NCBI GenBank assembly: GCA_945873105.1
Contig: CAMCBW010000029.1
Location: 9,091-73,090, forward strand
DNA length: 64,000 nt
Direction: 5' to 3'
Source: Tangfeifania diversioriginum
GTDB lineage: Bacteria; Bacteroidota; Bacteroidia; Bacteroidales; Prolixibacteraceae
In this document: piece after piece, positions 42,627 to 52,347 of the stretch
Position numbering within the stretch: the first letter of the stretch is position 1
Layout: every line of letters starts with the position of its first letter
Notes under the pieces: model-generated
What the model saw: only the letters and a program-made list of their open reading frames with translations
Databases searched by the model: none
What the model was told of the DNA's origin: nothing
Made by a program: the position numbers and the translations under genes

Positions 42627-43958
42627 TTAACTTTCAGTCTGTAAGCCGACCGGAAAATCCCGATGAAACTGATTCAATCTTCTTTCGAGATCTTCGAATT
42701 GCTCACGCCGTACATTGGAGACGCATGCCCGCAATCCCTGTTTCGAACTCCCGGTATTGCCCAGAGAGATGGCACTGATGCCATAAAACAGGAGGTGGTA
42801 CAGCAATTTGGCTTCGTCCATACCGGGATAACAGATGGTGAAATAGAATCCATCTCCAACAGGTTTGTCAAGGTCTGTTGCATAAACGATTTCGAACCCA
42901 TTTGCCACGAAAAGTTTTTTCATGATGCTGGCCTTCTCCCCATATTCCCTGACTTCTGCGATAAAATCATAGGTTCCGTTGTTGGCATGGCGGAACATGG
43001 CAGCCAGGGCATATTGGGCGGAATGGGAGGTGCCGGAAGTCATCGCATAGAGCACGCGGTGAACAATGGCATTGCCAAACCCATGCACCCGAAGCCGGTC
43101 GCTAAGATTTTGGGAGTGGCGGTGGTACAACTGGTCGGCGATGATCAAAACACCGATCCGTTGGCCGGCATAGGAGAATACCTTGGAACTGGAGATCATC
43201 AAAACCCAGTTGTTGGTATACTTTGCGACAGTTGGCTGATAGGGCGGGAGACCAGGTTTTGACAGATCCAGACGGAAGTCCATGGCAAAATAGGCAAGAT
43301 CCTCGATTACTACCACATCGTATTTTGTAGCCAATTCACCAATGATTTTCAACTCCTCGTCTGTCAGACAGATCCAGGATGGGTTGTTGGGATTGGAGTA
43401 TACGATGTTGCAGATATTCCCTTTCGAGAGGTAAGATTCCAGTTTCCCGCGCAGTCGCTCTCCCCTGAAGTCAAAGACATCAAACGAGGCATATTTCTGG
43501 TTCATCACCAACATCTGTTGCTTTTGAACAGGAAATCCCGGATCGATAAAAAGGGCCGTATCCTTCTCCTTTTCCCGGGCAGCTGTCACCAGGAAGGCTG
43601 CATAGCTCCCTTCCATGGAGCCAACGGTCGGGATACATCCTTCCGGATTGACATCCACATCCATAAACAACTTTACAAAACGGGAGGCCTCCTTTTTGAG
43701 TTCAGGAATACCGTTGATCTGTGGATAGATGGAGGCTACATTGTTGCGCAATGCCTCTATTTCAGCTTCAACACCTACCCTGGAAGGAGGTAAACCCGGT
43801 ATGCCCATTTCCATCCGGATGTACCTGATCCCTGTGGCAGCTTCGATGCTGCTGACCAGCTGTACAATCTCCCTGATGGAGGCATAACCTATCTCGTCGA
43901 CTTCGAGAGCGGCAATTTGCTCTTCTACAATGGATGCCGGTACCGGTGTCTCTCTCAT
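42627..43958 (-). CDS. Class I/II PLP-dependent aminotransferase
   Basis: About 443 aa from Met 43958. The PLP-lysine region is SSSKVFSYAGQRIG, with an upstream NPNNPSW block. Confidence 0.8.
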   Translation of the reverse strand: MRETPVPASIVEEQIAALEVDEIGYASIREIVQLVSSIEAATGIRYIRMEMGIPGLPPSRVGVEAEIEALRNNVASIYPQINGIPELKKEASRFVKLFMDVDVNPEGCIPTVGSMEGSYAAFLVTAAREKEKDTALFIDPGFPVQKQQMLVMNQKYASFDVFDFRGERLRGKLESYLSKGNICNIVYSNPNNPSWICLTDEELKIIGELATKYDVVVIEDLAYFAMDFRLDLSKPGLPPYQPTVAKYTNNWVLMISSSKVFSYAGQRIGVLIIADQLYHRHSQNLSDRLRVHGFGNAIVHRVLYAMTSGTSHSAQYALAAMFRHANNGTYDFIAEVREYGEKASIMKKLFVANGFEIVYATDLDKPVGDGFYFTICYPGMDEAKLLYHLLFYGISAISLGNTGSSKQGLRACVSNVRREQFEDLERRLNQFHRDFPVGLQTES

Positions 43959-43960
43959 GA

Positions 43961-44479
43961 CTAGAATTCTTTCAGCAGGGAGTTGACCCAAGCTGTTACC
44001 CTTTCCTCCGTTAACTCTGGTTCAAAATCTTCATCCACGGGTAGTCCAATGAATTTTCCTTCAGAGATCGCTTCTGAATCCTGGAAAGTGTAACCCTCCG
44101 TACTGGTTGCTCCGAAGAGTTCTCCTCCCTGTTTCCGGATGGCTTTGCCAAGGAGTCCCATGGAATCGACGAAATGATAGGCATAGGTGATGTGGTCGCC
44201 CAATCCAAAAATGGCTACCCGCTTCCCGGTAAAATCGAAAGAGGTGACGACCGGGAAGAATTTTGACCAGTCGTTGTTGTCAAACTTCTGCTGCCAGGTA
44301 TCTTTCCCAATGGTGGAGATGCCAAAAATAATCCTGGTATATTTTTCCAGATCTGAGGCAGATGCTGCCGCAATGTGTACCAGGTCGACTTTGTCGTCCC
44401 CAATCTTGGAGGCAACCAATTTGGCAATCCGGTGAACAGAACCATTCAGAGGTCCAAAGAAAATGGCTATTTTTTCCAT
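43961..44479 (-). CDS. Long-chain flavodoxin
   Basis: 172 aa. N-terminal FMN phosphate loop region (IAIFFGPLNGSVHRIA), a GDHITYAYHF-type loop and a C-terminal DEDFEPELTEERV... segment, as in FldA-like proteins. Confidence 0.75.
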   Translation of the reverse strand: MEKIAIFFGPLNGSVHRIAKLVASKIGDDKVDLVHIAAASASDLEKYTRIIFGISTIGKDTWQQKFDNNDWSKFFPVVTSFDFTGKRVAIFGLGDHITYAYHFVDSMGLLGKAIRKQGGELFGATSTEGYTFQDSEAISEGKFIGLPVDEDFEPELTEERVTAWVNSLLKEF

Positions 44480-44491
44480 AAAAATTGTATA

Positions 44492-45319
44492 TCAGGAGTT
44501 TATGTCTGCTTTTTTGTATTCGCCAAGAATGGCAAGACTTGATACATTCTTTAAAATCAGGTGGATGGCCCGTTCATAATCCCCTTCCGAATCCCATTCC
44601 ACATCCACGTGCATGGTGTATTCATTGGGTTTTCCCAGGACAGGTACCGATTGGATCTTGTTCAGGTTGATCTTATTTTCGGCAAAGATGTTGAGAACCC
44701 TGGCCAATGCGCCATAATAGTGACCAACTTCGAAGCACAGCGATGCCTTGTTGTTGTGCTCATTTTGGGTGGTGTGTTTGGAAAGTATCCAAAAACGGGT
44801 GTAATTCTTCTTGTTGGATTCGATTCCTTTTTCAAGAATCTCGAGTCCATAAAGGTTCGCCGAGCGAAGGTTACTGATGGCGGCTGCATGCAGGATCTTT
44901 TCATCCTGGATGAGCTTGGCCACCTTGGCATTGTCGCCCAACTCCTTGCGTTCAGCATTGGGGAAATGTCGTTCCAGGTAATCGGAACATTGCAAAAAAG
45001 AGACCGGATGGGAATAGATCTCCTTGATCTCCTTCTTCTTTACCCCAGGGAAAACCATCAGGTTCATCTGGATATGAATGTAAATCTCTCCGATTATTTT
45101 CAGATGGTAATCCCGTATCAGGGCATAATTCTGGAGCAAACTTCCGGCAATGGAGTTCTCGATGGCCATCACGGCACAATCTACCTCATCCCTGTCGAGC
45201 ATTTCGCATACCTTTTTGAAGGTGCGGCACTCAATGATTTCCCCCTCTTCCTTGAAATACTTTAGCGCAGCATCTTCGTGAAAACTACCTTTGATTCCTT
45301 GTATTGCGATTTTCTTCAT
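44492..45319 (-). CDS. pheA: Prephenate dehydratase (PDT plus ACT domain)
   Basis: 275 aa with IAIQGIKGSFHE, an AIENS..G block, a NYTRFW.L block and a C-terminal ACT domain ending ILGEY. Confidence 0.85.
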   Translation of the reverse strand: MKKIAIQGIKGSFHEDAALKYFKEEGEIIECRTFKKVCEMLDRDEVDCAVMAIENSIAGSLLQNYALIRDYHLKIIGEIYIHIQMNLMVFPGVKKKEIKEIYSHPVSFLQCSDYLERHFPNAERKELGDNAKVAKLIQDEKILHAAAISNLRSANLYGLEILEKGIESNKKNYTRFWILSKHTTQNEHNNKASLCFEVGHYYGALARVLNIFAENKINLNKIQSVPVLGKPNEYTMHVDVEWDSEGDYERAIHLILKNVSSLAILGEYKKADINS

Positions 45320-45418
45320 GAATAGATTTCTATGACAAATTAGTTTTCAGGATCTGTCAGATCCCTCCTTGAAAACCCGAACGCAAGGTAAAAAAAAAAC
45401 AGCAAAGTGCAGCCCCTT

Positions 45419-45844
45419 TTATATCCGGTATAGGTCGCTGGCTTTCACCAGCTCCATACTGTGCTGAGTGAGAACGGTTATGCACATCTCCAGGTTATCC
45501 GGCTTCAGCACCACATTGGCCGAATCGCCCAATGAAAAGGCATAGAGGTATTCGATGGATACTCCATTTTCGGATAGAATCTGCAAAGCCCTGGCCAGTG
45601 CCCCCGGTTGATTGGGGCAGTTGAGGCAGACTACATCGGTAAGGCTAACCGAAAAGAAGTTTTCTCTCAGTACCCTGAAGGCTTTTTCATGATCAGAGAC
45701 GATCAACCGAAGGATTCCGAATTCAGAGGTGTCAGCAACCGAGAAGGCCGACATATTGATTCCTTCCCTGCCCAAAATGGCAGAAACTTCATGCAGCCTG
45801 CCCGACTTGTTCTCCAGAAAAACAGAAAGTTGTTTGATTAGCAT
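45419..45844 (-). CDS. Tandem ACT-domain protein (the type usually found next to PaaK)
   Basis: 141 aa with two ACT-like halves (QLSVFLENKSGRLHEV..., VVCLNCPNQPGALARAL...). Confidence 0.72.
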   Translation of the reverse strand: MLIKQLSVFLENKSGRLHEVSAILGREGINMSAFSVADTSEFGILRLIVSDHEKAFRVLRENFFSVSLTDVVCLNCPNQPGALARALQILSENGVSIEYLYAFSLGDSANVVLKPDNLEMCITVLTQHSMELVKASDLYRI

Positions 45845-45951
45845 GATGAGGAGTAATGAATGATGAGTTATGAGTGATAAGTTATGAGTTATTATTTGAT
45901 TTGTGGTTTGATTAGCAGCGCATTATAACTTATAATTCATAACTCATAACT
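45845..45951. repeat. Inverted tandem-word arms, family TTATGAGT / ACTCATAA
   Basis: The left arm 45845-45893 abuts the ACT-gene start codon. The right arm 45922-45951 lies about 40 nt beyond the paaK stop. Units are about 8 nt. Confidence 0.88.
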
Positions 45952-45991
45952 TGCTGGCCAAAGATCCAATGTATATGTCCACTAAAAATTT

Positions 45992-47293
45992 CTATACAAG
46001 AGATCGTTTGTCAATCACCCGTTGTGCTTTGCCCGCTGTGCGTTCGATGGTTTTTGGCTCTACAAGTTTGACATTGACGGAGATCCCCAGCAGGCTCTCC
46101 AGCTGGCGGGTTATTTTCATTCTTAACTCCTGAAGTTTTCTGACTTCATCCGAAAAGAACTGCTCTTGAACCTCTACCATCAGGGTGACTGAATCTAGTG
46201 TTCCTTCCCGCTCGATGACCAACAAGTAATGTGGTTCTACTTCGCTGATTTGCAACAACACTGTTTCAATCTGGGAAGGAAATACATTGACACCACGAAT
46301 GATGAGCATATCATCGCTTCTGCCTTTGCACTTCTGCATCCTGACCAGCGTCCTGCCGCAGGCACATTTGTCATAAATGAGCCTGGTGAGGTCACGGGTA
46401 CGGTACCGGATCAGTGGAATCCCCTCTTTGGTGATGGTGGTAAATACCAGTTCGCCCATCTCACCCTCCGGGACTGGTTGCAGGGTTTCAGGATCAATGA
46501 TCTCTGGCAGGAAATGGTCTTCGTTGATGTGCATCCCACATTGGTGTTCGCATTCGCAGGAAACTCCCGGACCAACAATTTCACTCAGTCCATAAATGTC
46601 AATGGCCTTGAGGCCAAGTTTGGATTCGATCTCCTTCCGCATACCTTCGGTCCAGGGTTCGGCACCGAAGATGCCAACCCTCAGTTTCAGGTTGCGGGGA
46701 TCAACCCCCTGTTCCTTCATCACCTCTGCAATGTTCAGGGCATAGGATGGGGTACAGCAGAGGACGGAACTACCGAAATCCTCCATCAATTGGATCTGTT
46801 TGGTGGTATTGCCCCCGGAAATTGGGATAACTGATGCTCCAAGGTTCTCGGTGCCATAGTGGAGGCCCAGTCCGCCGGTAAAAAGTCCATAACCATAGGC
46901 AATCTGGACGATGTCGTGGTGGTGTACCCCGGACATGCACAAAGAGCGTGTGACCACTTCCGACCACATCTGGATATCCTTCCGGGTATATCCCACCACG
47001 GTGGGTTTGCCGGTTGTTCCGGAGGAGGCATGCAACCGCACAATTTCGCTCATGGGCACGGTAAAGAGGCCGAAAGGATAGTTGTCGCGCAGGTCTGCCT
47101 TGGTGGTGAAGGGCAGTTTGTTCAAATCATCCACTCCATGAATATCGTGCGGGGTGAGTCCCAGCTCCTGCATCTTCTTCCGGAAGGAAGGAACCGCATG
47201 GTAAATTCGCTGTACGGTCTCTTTTAATCTTTGAGATTGAACCGATCGCATCTCCTCCCTGGAGGCACATTCCATTTTTTCGTTCCAGATCAT
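45992..47293 (-). CDS. paaK: Phenylacetate-CoA ligase
   Basis: 433 aa with the AMP-binding core [14 protein letters not shown] and the conserved PaaK C-terminal domain ([20 protein letters not shown]). Confidence 0.9.
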   Translation of the reverse strand: MIWNEKMECASREEMRSVQSQRLKETVQRIYHAVPSFRKKMQELGLTPHDIHGVDDLNKLPFTTKADLRDNYPFGLFTVPMSEIVRLHASSGTTGKPTVVGYTRKDIQMWSEVVTRSLCMSGVHHHDIVQIAYGYGLFTGGLGLHYGTENLGASVIPISGGNTTKQIQLMEDFGSSVLCCTPSYALNIAEVMKEQGVDPRNLKLRVGIFGAEPWTEGMRKEIESKLGLKAIDIYGLSEIVGPGVSCECEHQCGMHINEDHFLPEIIDPETLQPVPEGEMGELVFTTITKEGIPLIRYRTRDLTRLIYDKCACGRTLVRMQKCKGRSDDMLIIRGVNVFPSQIETVLLQISEVEPHYLLVIEREGTLDSVTLMVEVQEQFFSDEVRKLQELRMKITRQLESLLGISVNVKLVEPKTIERTAGKAQRVIDKRSLV

Positions 47294-47302
47294 GTCGCAA
47301 TG

Positions 47303-48562
47303 TTAGAAATAATAGGTCATTACCATTCTGACTCCATGGTTAACAGTAGCATGGGTACTGCCATAAAGTCCATCTTCAAAATTGATCTTTCCGGTACCAT
47401 ACGCTGCAGCCGTTAGTTCGTAGGCCAGCGAGAGCAGATATTTGCTGACGCTGTAGGAGAGGAACGGACTGATCCTGTAATCGCTCTGTATGTTGGTTGA
47501 CATACCCCATACGGTTGGTGATTCGGCCCCGGAAACCGTAAATTTATACAATGGTTTGCTGGTTCCCAAATTTTTTGCGTAACCCAGGAGAATTCCTGGT
47601 CGCCATTTCTCCCCATACGAGAGATTGAACATGGTGTAGAGGCCATTGTAATTGGTATACTGCTCTTTACCTGTGGATGGATCGTAGGCAGAGACACCAT
47701 AACCACTGTTAAGGGTCAGGTGCGTTAAATTCTGACCCAGGAACCCCTGGAACAACATCATCAGTTTCTTGCGCTGGTATCTTCCGTACACCATGTAGGA
47801 GAGGCTGCTTAGAATCTGGTCAGCATTGTAGATTTTGCCATTGGCTCCGTTGGTGGTAACCCTTGGTTTGATGGTATTGTAGTCGATGTTTGCCCCAAAG
47901 TTGAAGCCCTGCTTTCCATAATCAACACCCAGGACCATCTCCGGAATGACAGCATCGCGCTTGTAGCAACTGGAGGCTCCCAGGGGGCCGTAAGAGAGAT
48001 ATTGCTGCTGGTAAGCTCCCGTCAGGGAGGTGGTCCAGGCTCCTGTCCTGTAATCCATTCTTACCAGCGGTGAGCGGTTGAACGGGCGGAATGGGTTGCC
48101 GGTATTGAGCGATGGTACCGTAGGGAAAACATCCCCTCCACCAAATGGGTGCCAGGTTTGACCAACCAAAAGGGTTGTTTTCTCCCAGTTGAAAACCATG
48201 TAGGCTTTGCGCAGACGAAAAAGATAAATTTCAGGTTTACCTGCAAAATCGGCCTCGAGGCAGCCGGTTGTTTTTGCCCCAAATATCTGGGGACCGGTGA
48301 TGTTCAGACCAAACCTTGTAACAACGGAAAGAAAGTTTGCAGAAGTTTGCCTGTTGATATCATCTCCGTTGGCATCTACGCCGATGTAATTGGGGTAGAG
48401 GTAGAAGAGATCGTTGAAGGCGTTTAAACCCTTGTAGGTGTCAAGGTAAAAATCGTTGCGGATGAAACCGTAAAGTGTTGCGGTGGTCTCTTTCTTGGTC
48501 TCTTCTGCTACCAGGGTGGCAGAGAGTAAAGATACCAGCAAGAGGGTACAAATTAAACGCAT
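47303..48562 (-). CDS. Putative outer-membrane porin / beta-barrel protein
   Basis: 419 aa with a signal peptide (MRLICTLLLVSLLSATLVA), an aromatic-rich alternating pattern and a C-terminal YYF. Its stop lies 9 nt upstream of the paaK start. Confidence 0.6.
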   Translation of the reverse strand: MRLICTLLLVSLLSATLVAEETKKETTATLYGFIRNDFYLDTYKGLNAFNDLFYLYPNYIGVDANGDDINRQTSANFLSVVTRFGLNITGPQIFGAKTTGCLEADFAGKPEIYLFRLRKAYMVFNWEKTTLLVGQTWHPFGGGDVFPTVPSLNTGNPFRPFNRSPLVRMDYRTGAWTTSLTGAYQQQYLSYGPLGASSCYKRDAVIPEMVLGVDYGKQGFNFGANIDYNTIKPRVTTNGANGKIYNADQILSSLSYMVYGRYQRKKLMMLFQGFLGQNLTHLTLNSGYGVSAYDPSTGKEQYTNYNGLYTMFNLSYGEKWRPGILLGYAKNLGTSKPLYKFTVSGAESPTVWGMSTNIQSDYRISPFLSYSVSKYLLSLAYELTAAAYGTGKINFEDGLYGSTHATVNHGVRMVMTYYF

Positions 48563-48899
48563 GAATAGAATCTTTTGATGTAAATAATTAATTAACTGAT
48601 AGATATAAATCTAATTTTTCACAAAATAATTTTCATACCACTATTTTTCAAGTCGGACAGATCATTGAAAAGTGTATGTACAGTGTTGTGAGGTTTAGGA
48701 ATGTAAAAATAGGGGTTTGCCCTAAACGGGCTGAATCTGAAGGGCTCAGCGAATGAATCGTAACAATTTTTTCATATTGCAGGGATGCAATGGCATTTTT
48801 TCCGGGATGAATGCTTGCCGGAGTCTGGAAATCCAAACTTAACAGGTTATTTTACTTGCTTGCTGAGCTCTTCGCTCCTTAAAGTCAGCGAGCCTTTGG

Positions 48900-50414
48900 T
48901 TACAACATGGGGGAGAGCAATCGGACCGTTTTTTCAAGCAATTTCTTGATTTTTGGACGATCTTCCCATTTGTTCGGATCCACCCTGATAGCGTTTTTTA
49001 CGTCGTTGAAATAGACATTCCGAAGTTCATGGGCAACTTCCTTGTCAAACACGATGGCATTGACCTCGAAATTCAGGTCAAAACTTCGGTCATCCATGTT
49101 GGCTGTACCAATGGTAGAGATACTGCCATCCACAACGACAGTCTTTGCATGAATAAAGCCCTTTTTGTATTCGTAAATTTCGATTCCGGCTTGCAACAAC
49201 TCGTCGTAGTAGGATTGGGAGGCCAGGTTGATAACCAGGGAGTCGTTGCGTTTTGGAACGAGTATTTTTACATCGACTCCTCCAATGGATGCCAACACCA
49301 GTGCATTCAGCAAGCTTTCGCAGGGGATCAGGTAGGGAGTGGTTAGCAACAACTCTGATTCTGCGGTATTGATCAATTCCAGCAAGGAATACAATATGAT
49401 GGAAGTATCTGAATCCGGACCACTCGCGGCGATCTGAATCTGTTTTGTACCATAGTTGACGGGGCTTTCAAAGGTGGGAAAATACTCCACGGAGAGGGGA
49501 AGGGTGGATTCAGAACAAAAGCTCCAGTCGCAAAAAAAGAGAAATTGCAGGTAGGATACACCGTCGCCCTCTATCCGCATGTGGGTATCACGCCAGTACA
49601 TCTGGTCCCACCTTCTTCTCCTTCGCCTGATTCTTGGCCGGTTGATGTACCGGTCGCTGATGTTTATACCCCCAATGAATCCAATGCTGCCATCGACGAT
49701 AATAATCTTTCGGTGATTCCGGTAGTTGATCCGGTTGGCAAAGGCGATGAAAACAATCTTGTTGAAGGGATTCGTTTCAATTCCTGCTGCAGCCAATCTT
49801 CTAAGCAGGGTTTTCCGTACCGACCTGCTGCCAAAATCATCGTAAATCAGTCGTACGGTAACACCTTCCCTTACTTTTTCAACGAGTGCATTTTCGATCT
49901 CCCTGCCCGTACTGTCATCTTCAATGATGTAATACTCAATGTGAATGTGGTGTTTGGCATTTTTGATGGCCTCGAGCACTTCCGGTATTTTCTTCTCTCC
50001 ATTGAGTAGAATCCGGATATGGTTGTTGGAGGTGACAGGGTTTATTCCATTTTGGTTCAGGAACCGGATCAGCCGTTTGTTTTTATCCATCAAGGCAAGA
50101 TTGTCCTTGTCGGCTGAAGGAGCAAAGATCATCTTTTTCTCAAGCAGGGAGAGGCCAATGACATTGTCGGAGATGATCTTTTGGCGGTACATCTTACGTT
50201 TTCTGTAATTGATGCCCACTGAAAAGTAGAAGATGATGCCTACCACCGGGACAAATATGGCAAACAAAAGATAGGATATTGTTTTGGGCGCACTGCGTGT
50301 ATCGTAGATAATTCTGATACACGAGAATATCAGCAACAACAGATAGAGGATCTCCAAGATCAGCGGCAAATTCACGGAAGTACAATTTTTGGGGGAAGGT
50401 TCCACAATGGCCAT
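48900..50414 (-). CDS. cls: Cardiolipin synthase (PLD superfamily)
   Basis: Two N-terminal TM helices and two HKD motifs (HRKIIIVDG..GGINISD and HAKTVVVDG..IGTANMDDRS). Confidence 0.92.
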   Translation of the reverse strand: MAIVEPSPKNCTSVNLPLILEILYLLLLIFSCIRIIYDTRSAPKTISYLLFAIFVPVVGIIFYFSVGINYRKRKMYRQKIISDNVIGLSLLEKKMIFAPSADKDNLALMDKNKRLIRFLNQNGINPVTSNNHIRILLNGEKKIPEVLEAIKNAKHHIHIEYYIIEDDSTGREIENALVEKVREGVTVRLIYDDFGSRSVRKTLLRRLAAAGIETNPFNKIVFIAFANRINYRNHRKIIIVDGSIGFIGGINISDRYINRPRIRRRRRRWDQMYWRDTHMRIEGDGVSYLQFLFFCDWSFCSESTLPLSVEYFPTFESPVNYGTKQIQIAASGPDSDTSIILYSLLELINTAESELLLTTPYLIPCESLLNALVLASIGGVDVKILVPKRNDSLVINLASQSYYDELLQAGIEIYEYKKGFIHAKTVVVDGSISTIGTANMDDRSFDLNFEVNAIVFDKEVAHELRNVYFNDVKNAIRVDPNKWEDRPKIKKLLEKTVRLLSPML

Positions 50415-50514
50415 CCTCCCTGCCCAAATTTATTACATTTTTTCCATCGAACGGTATTCCACTGAAATATTAGAAGTGGTGAGTGGTGCACAAATCTAAG
50501 GGAGCCGGCACAAG

Positions 50515-50844
50515 CTACTGTTTTTCTTTCAGCCAATACTCTTTAACACTCGCAGTAGACTCCTGGTTCCAGTAAGCAGCAGTCACTGGTTCACCCCCGG
50601 AGGTTTTGAGCGACAACTCATAAACGGCTATCACAGGATTGAAGACAAGGTCGGTTACTCCAATGTTGTAAAGTTGAAGGTTTGATTCTTCTGTTTTTGC
50701 AACCTCTTCAACGATCACCTCGAATTGATTGCTGCGAAGCAGATCTTTCAGAAAATCAACTCTTTTTTTATCAATGCCTTTTTCGACAATTGTACAGCGC
50801 TTGCCGCCGAGCTCTTCAACGATATGTTTTGCTTTGAGTACCAT
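50515..50844 (-). CDS. Hypothetical protein
   Basis: 109-aa ORF with host-like composition between nuoN and cls. No motif recognised. Confidence 0.45.
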   Translation of the reverse strand: MVLKAKHIVEELGGKRCTIVEKGIDKKRVDFLKDLLRSNQFEVIVEEVAKTEESNLQLYNIGVTDLVFNPVIAVYELSLKTSGGEPVTAAYWNQESTASVKEYWLKEKQ

Positions 50845-50891
50845 GGTCTGTTTCTTGAATCAATGTGTTTGTGAAAGAATGCCTTTTTCGG

Positions 50892-52313
50892 TCAGATTCC
50901 AAATGAGAGGTTGTTGATAAATTCGTACACCTGGCTCCAGAAACCCAATACGAAAATACCTAGTGCACACAGCATCAATCCGATTTTGGTATAGCCATCA
51001 CTCTGGAAAGTTGCAATAGGATGATCGCTCTTGTTGATAAACATCGCTTTGACCACCAGCAGATAGTAATAAAGTGAGATGGTAGCATTTAATACAGCGA
51101 TGAAAACCAGCCAGTAGTAACCCCCAGAGGCTGCAGAGGTGAAGAGGAACATCTTCCCGAAGAATCCGGCAACCGGTGGAATGCCTGCCAGTGAGAACAT
51201 GGAAAGCATCATCAAAAGGCTCAGCTTTGGATTGGTAAGGTACAAACCATCGTAATCGTCCATCGACTCTTTTCCGGTTTTTGCGGCAATGGCTGCTACC
51301 ACCCCGAAGGCTCCAAGGTTGGAGAAGATATAGACCAGAACAAAATAGACGACGGAAGTCATTCCCATCTTATTGGTACCCAGGATACCCAGAAGGATAA
51401 ATCCTGCCTGTGCGATGGAGGAGAAGGCTAGGAACCGTTTCATGTTCTTTTGACGCATGGCAAAGAGGTTACCGATGGTCATGGTAAGAACTGCTACCAG
51501 GTAGATCATATTCTTGTACACAGGAGCCAGTTCCTTAAAAACGGTAAACATCACGATTACCAGGATAAATGCGGCAGCTCCCTTGGAAATGACCGAGAGG
51601 TAGGAGGTAATGTTGATCGGGGCGCCTTCGTAAACGTCTGCAGTCCAGAGGTGGAAGGGGACGAGTGAAATTTTGAAGGCCATTCCGGTAAAGAAGAAGA
51701 TGAATGCCAGTACCTGCAGAGGTACATTGACATAGGCTGCACCAATGGTATCAAAGTAGATGGATCCGGTAGAACCGTAGATCATGGAGATTCCATAGAG
51801 CAAGATTCCCGAAGAGAGCGCTGAAGAGAGGAGTAACTTGATCCCCGCTTCTGAAGATTTTGTGTTGAAATGAGTGAAGGCGGCCAGGGCTGCAACCGGA
51901 ATGGTAGCCAGTTCAAGTCCGAGGTAAAGCATCAGGAAATCGCCGGACGAGATCATGAAATTCATCCCGATCAGAGTGGTAACTAAAAGGAAGAAGTATT
52001 CACTGATCTTGGTACTGTTGGCCGGGCTCCTCAACCAGCTGACAGATTGGAAAAGTATGATCAAAACACCAATGTTGAGAATGTTCTTCATCAATTGAAC
52101 CAATCCGTTGGTATGGTACATGCCTCCAAAAATGGTCTGATCGGGTTGCGGGATGAATCCTATTAAAGTGACAACCAAAAAGAGGCCGATCGAAATGGGG
52201 ATCATCCGCTCTTTTTGGGCATGGTTCAGATTCAAATCGATGATGAGAAGGATCATGGCCATTATGGTCAGAAGCAGCTCATTTCTCATTGCCAGAATTT
52301 CGATTAAACTCAT
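50892..52313 (-). CDS. nuoN: NADH-quinone oxidoreductase subunit N
   Basis: 473-aa polytopic antiporter-like subunit. It is the last gene of the nuo operon. Confidence 0.9.
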   Translation of the reverse strand: MSLIEILAMRNELLLTIMAMILLIIDLNLNHAQKERMIPISIGLFLVVTLIGFIPQPDQTIFGGMYHTNGLVQLMKNILNIGVLIILFQSVSWLRSPANSTKISEYFFLLVTTLIGMNFMISSGDFLMLYLGLELATIPVAALAAFTHFNTKSSEAGIKLLLSSALSSGILLYGISMIYGSTGSIYFDTIGAAYVNVPLQVLAFIFFFTGMAFKISLVPFHLWTADVYEGAPINITSYLSVISKGAAAFILVIVMFTVFKELAPVYKNMIYLVAVLTMTIGNLFAMRQKNMKRFLAFSSIAQAGFILLGILGTNKMGMTSVVYFVLVYIFSNLGAFGVVAAIAAKTGKESMDDYDGLYLTNPKLSLLMMLSMFSLAGIPPVAGFFGKMFLFTSAASGGYYWLVFIAVLNATISLYYYLLVVKAMFINKSDHPIATFQSDGYTKIGLMLCALGIFVLGFWSQVYEFINNLSFGI

Positions 52314-52347
52314 ATCTTAAGATTTTATTTTGCTAAAATTAGGATTC

